Below the pieces are notes generated by a model. The model was not told where the DNA came from. It was given only the letters and a program-made list of their open reading frames with translations, and searched no databases. Below are positions 48,473-51,623 of a DNA stretch of 51,623 nt, in pieces. Source of the DNA: Verrucomicrobiales bacterium (GTDB taxonomy: Bacteria > Verrucomicrobiota > Verrucomicrobiia > Verrucomicrobiales > V1-33); contig JANOAV010000016.1 of NCBI GenBank assembly GCA_031411295.1, positions 1 through 51,623 of the forward strand, read 5' to 3'. How positions within the stretch are numbered: position 1 is the stretch's first letter; every line of letters begins with the position of its first letter. A program made the position numbers and the translations under genes.

Positions 48473-49762
48473 ATGGCTCGCTCCTCCAACCTAACGATGT
48501 GCTCCTTCTGTGGCAAAAGCCATGCGGAGGTGCGCAAGCTCATTGCCGGGCCGGGCGTTTACATTTGTGATGCCTGCATTATCGTCTGCAAGGAAATCCT
48601 GGATAAGGAAATCGAGGAAGAAGAAACTCCGCCCCGGCCCGAGTTGAAGGTGCTCAAGCCCCAGGAAATTTACCATCACCTCGAGGATTACGTAATTGGC
48701 CAGGAGCATACCAAACGGGTGCTCAGCGTGGCGGTGCATAACCATTACAAGCGGTTGATCCACAATCAAAAAATGGCCGACAACGCATTCGTGCGCGGCG
48801 GCCATCATCAGGACGATGTGGAAATCGAAAAGAGCAACGTCCTCCTGCTCGGTCCCACCGGATGTGGCAAAACCCTGCTGGCGCGCACGCTGGCCAAAAT
48901 GCTAAATGTTCCTTTCGCCATTGCGGACGCCACCACCCTAACGGAAGCTGGTTACGTCGGAGAGGACGTGGAGAACATCCTCCTCCGCCTGCTCCAGAAT
49001 GCCGATTTCGACGTTAAACGCGCCGAGCTTGGGATCATCTACATTGATGAAATCGACAAGATCGGACGCAAGGGAGAAAACGTCAGCATCACCCGTGACG
49101 TCTCGGGCGAAGGGGTGCAGCAAGCACTGCTGAAAATGCTGGAAGGCACCGTGGCCAACGTTCCCCCACAGGGCGGGCGCAAACATCCGCAGCAGGAATA
49201 CATCCAGGTGAACACCGAGAAGATTCTCTTCATCTGCGGGGGGGCTTTTAGCGGCTTGGACAAAATCATCGCCCGCCGCTCGAAGAGCCGCCAAATGGGC
49301 TTCGGGGCGGTCCATGATCCTGCCAACAAGCCCACCACGGAGGCTGATCTGCTCAAGCAAGTCACTCCGGAGGATCTGCTCCATTTCGGCCTCATTCCTG
49401 AATTCGTCGGGCGACTACCGGTTATCAGCACGCTGGAACCGCTAAGCGAGGAAAGCCTGTTGCGCATCCTCACCGAACCGAAAAACTCCCTCGTGCGCCA
49501 ATACGCCAAGCTCTTGGAACTGGAAGGCGTGGAACTGCAAGTGACACGCGACGGTCTGCAAGCGCTGGCGGCCGCCGCCTTAAAACGCGGCACAGGGGCT
49601 CGCGCGCTGCGCAGTATTTTTGAGAGTCTCATGCTGGATATTATGTTTGAAGTGCCGACGCGCGATGACATCAAGACGGTCATTATCAACAAGCAAGTCG
49701 TCGAAGGTGAGCGTCCGCCACTGATCAAGCGTCGCAAGAAGAACGGCCGGGACGCAGCGTAA
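48473..49762 (+). CDS. clpX: ATP-dependent Clp protease ATP-binding subunit
   Basis: CSFCGK zinc finger, [36 protein letters not shown]. Confidence 0.98.
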   Translation: MARSSNLTMCSFCGKSHAEVRKLIAGPGVYICDACIIVCKEILDKEIEEEETPPRPELKVLKPQEIYHHLEDYVIGQEHTKRVLSVAVHNHYKRLIHNQKMADNAFVRGGHHQDDVEIEKSNVLLLGPTGCGKTLLARTLAKMLNVPFAIADATTLTEAGYVGEDVENILLRLLQNADFDVKRAELGIIYIDEIDKIGRKGENVSITRDVSGEGVQQALLKMLEGTVANVPPQGGRKHPQQEYIQVNTEKILFICGGAFSGLDKIIARRSKSRQMGFGAVHDPANKPTTEADLLKQVTPEDLLHFGLIPEFVGRLPVISTLEPLSEESLLRILTEPKNSLVRQYAKLLELEGVELQVTRDGLQALAAAALKRGTGARALRSIFESLMLDIMFEVPTRDDIKTVIINKQVVEGERPPLIKRRKKNGRDAA

Positions 49763-49818
49763 AGCGATACCTAATCAGGGCGTTGCCTAAATGCTCGCTT
49801 CCGTGGTATGGTGGCCCC

Positions 49819-50997
49819 ATGCTGCGCTTCAACTATCTTCCGCTCCTGTTATTTCCATGCCTCACCTGGGTCTCGGCTCAGTCCTCGACCCCAAAATTTA
49901 CCGCCCAGGAAATCGACTCCAAAGTCAGCATCGGCTACGGCTTGGCCATCGGTGACATGGATGGCGATGGGAAACAGGACATCTTGCTGGCCGACGCGCG
50001 TGAGTTCGTATGGTATCGCAACCCCACGTGGGAACGGCAAGTCTTCGCCAAACTTCCCGGCACCCGGGACAACGTTTGCTTGTCCACCGAGGACATTGAT
50101 GGCGATGGCAAAATCGAAATTGCCGTGGGCGCGAATTGGAATCCGGCCGAAACCACGGACGAAGCAAAGAGTGGTTCCGTGCATTATTTAGTGCGACCAA
50201 AAACCGCAGGCGATCTCTGGCAACCAGTCGAACTGCCGCATGAACCCACAGTTCACCGGATGCGTTGGGTGAAATTTGCCGAACGGGGCTGGGCCTTGGT
50301 GGTGCTGCCTTTACACGGTCGGGAGAATCGCGATGGAGCAGGAGCCAACGGAGTCAAAATTCAAGCCTATTTTCCTGGAAAGGATCCTAGCGTGGCGGCG
50401 GATTGGAAACTGGAGACCATCAACGATGCGCTCCACGTAACGCATAATTTGGATCGTCAACCCGCGGCCGATGGAGCACTCATCATCGGAAGCAAAGCCG
50501 GTGCCTACCGCTGGGACCGCTTCGGCCCCGGGCAGCAGCTTACCTTGAAGGATGCCACCGACAGCCCGCTCCCCGTGACTCCTTTTCCTGGCATAGGGGA
50601 AATTCGCTGGCTGGGCAGGGAAGACCTGGCGGCCATCGAACCATTCCACGGCAACGTGCTCGCAGTCTATCAAGCCAAAGACAAACTGCACTATACCCGG
50701 CGGATTCTCGACTCCTCGCTCGCTCAGGGCCACGCCCTCGGTTGTGCTGATCTGCTCGGGACTGGTCAGCCCCAAATCGTTGCAGGGTGGCGGGAGCCCA
50801 ATGCCGACAAACAGTTCGGAGTCAAAATCTACTGGGCGACAGGACCCGACCGCGCAGTGTGGCAATCAGCCTGGGTGGATCAAAACGGCATGGCTTGTGA
50901 AGACTTGAAACTGGCGGACCTCGATGGCGACGGTCGCTTGGACATCATTGCGGCGGGCCGCAGCACGAAAAATCTGAAGATTTACTGGAACCGGTGA
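49819..50997 (+). CDS. Secreted FG-GAP/VCBS repeat beta-propeller protein
   Basis: Signal peptide; repeated GDMDGDGKQD, EDIDGDGKIE, ADLDGDGRLD. Confidence 0.85.
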   Translation: MLRFNYLPLLLFPCLTWVSAQSSTPKFTAQEIDSKVSIGYGLAIGDMDGDGKQDILLADAREFVWYRNPTWERQVFAKLPGTRDNVCLSTEDIDGDGKIEIAVGANWNPAETTDEAKSGSVHYLVRPKTAGDLWQPVELPHEPTVHRMRWVKFAERGWALVVLPLHGRENRDGAGANGVKIQAYFPGKDPSVAADWKLETINDALHVTHNLDRQPAADGALIIGSKAGAYRWDRFGPGQQLTLKDATDSPLPVTPFPGIGEIRWLGREDLAAIEPFHGNVLAVYQAKDKLHYTRRILDSSLAQGHALGCADLLGTGQPQIVAGWREPNADKQFGVKIYWATGPDRAVWQSAWVDQNGMACEDLKLADLDGDGRLDIIAAGRSTKNLKIYWNR

Positions 50998-51024
50998 GCC
51001 CTCGGGTTCTCCGCACCTCAGCAC

Positions 51025-51258
51025 TCATTCGTTAGCGTCGCGACAGATCATCTCCAGATACAGTCGCTCCACCTTGGCCCGGGCCCATGGGGCGGTGCGG
51101 AGGAACTTCAGACCGGACTTGATGGAAGGATTCATTAGAAAACACCGAATGCCAGTGTATTCGCCCAGCTCGGCCCAGCTGCCGCGCTCGACGAGCGTAG
51201 TCAGGATCGTTTCCAACTTAATTCCATGCAGGGGATTGTTCGGTCCAGCAGCGTTCAT
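51025..51258 (-). CDS. VF530/DUF2132 family DNA-binding protein
   Basis: NNPLHGIKLE..IRCF..NPSIKSGLKFLR..PWARAKVE.LY. Confidence 0.9.
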   Translation of the reverse strand: MNAAGPNNPLHGIKLETILTTLVERGSWAELGEYTGIRCFLMNPSIKSGLKFLRTAPWARAKVERLYLEMICRDANE

Positions 51259-51548
51259 CGCGCAATATTCAATAATCAACCTCGCACGACAAGGGATCAT
51301 TTCCCGGAAATTGTAGGAGGTGTCGGCTGAATTCCTGGATCAGCCCGCTCCACCCTCTCATTAATGCGATTCCTACTGCAATTGCGCATATTTTCTGCTA
51401 ATTATGAATATTTTTCTGGATATTTCTGCAAAAACCATTAAAATTACATTTGGCATTTTCATTGATTATACTGGATAGATTTGATATAATTAACTTGAAT
51501 ATCCAGCCCTGTGGTAATTTTAGAAACTCGGAAACAATCAACAAGTTT

Positions 51549-51623
51549 ATGAAAAACATTCTGTCAACCATTAAACCCACATCGGTCGTGCGGATTGGTT
51601 CGCTCGCTTGTCTCGCGACGACT
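51549..51623 (+). CDS. Start of a probable gene (partial)
   Basis: ATG after an AT-rich intergenic region; open to the window end (MKNILSTIKPTSVVRIGSLACLATT). Confidence 0.45.
   Translation, partial: MKNILSTIKPTSVVRIGSLACLATT

Noticed and set aside
268..51580. Many overlapping antisense and alternate-frame ORFs in the track (e.g. 19143-20066, 30972-31682, 49039-49737)
   Set aside because: Shadows of GC-rich genes with clear family motifs; no independent coding evidence.
1..51623. tRNA or rRNA genes
   Set aside because: None recognised by eye; intergenic gaps show no cloverleaf or T-loop signature.

Overview
Bacterial chromosome segment, most likely Verrucomicrobiota or another PVC lineage (inferred from DUF1549/1553, DUF1552/DUF1592, DUF1080, planctomycete-type cytochromes and PVC-type palindromic repeats). 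The window opens in the end of an IS630-like element inserted into a DUF1549/DUF1553 gene. Two blocks of mostly ordinary genes (coaB, suhB, ispF on the left; patB-like, dus, folD, vapBC, opgH, clpP, clpX on the right) flank a ~21 kb accessory region (~8.3-29.5 kb). The most interesting locus is at 15.2-23.5 kb. A divergent ECF sigma factor and membrane Ser/Thr kinase-WD40 pair is followed by a tandem array of ~1 kb modules, each built as [orphan copy of the kinase 3' end]-[conserved promoter CTGAC-N12-ATTYCGTG]-[variable small secreted protein]-[conserved hairpin region]. Remnants of lectin-like domains lie between modules, and the intact kinase has a beta-trefoil-like tail where the orphan copies simply end. 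Next to it is an AT-richer glycosyltransferase islet with a Tat-signal hydrolase gene put out of frame by a C11 tract. All family calls are from motif recognition by eye; no searches were run.
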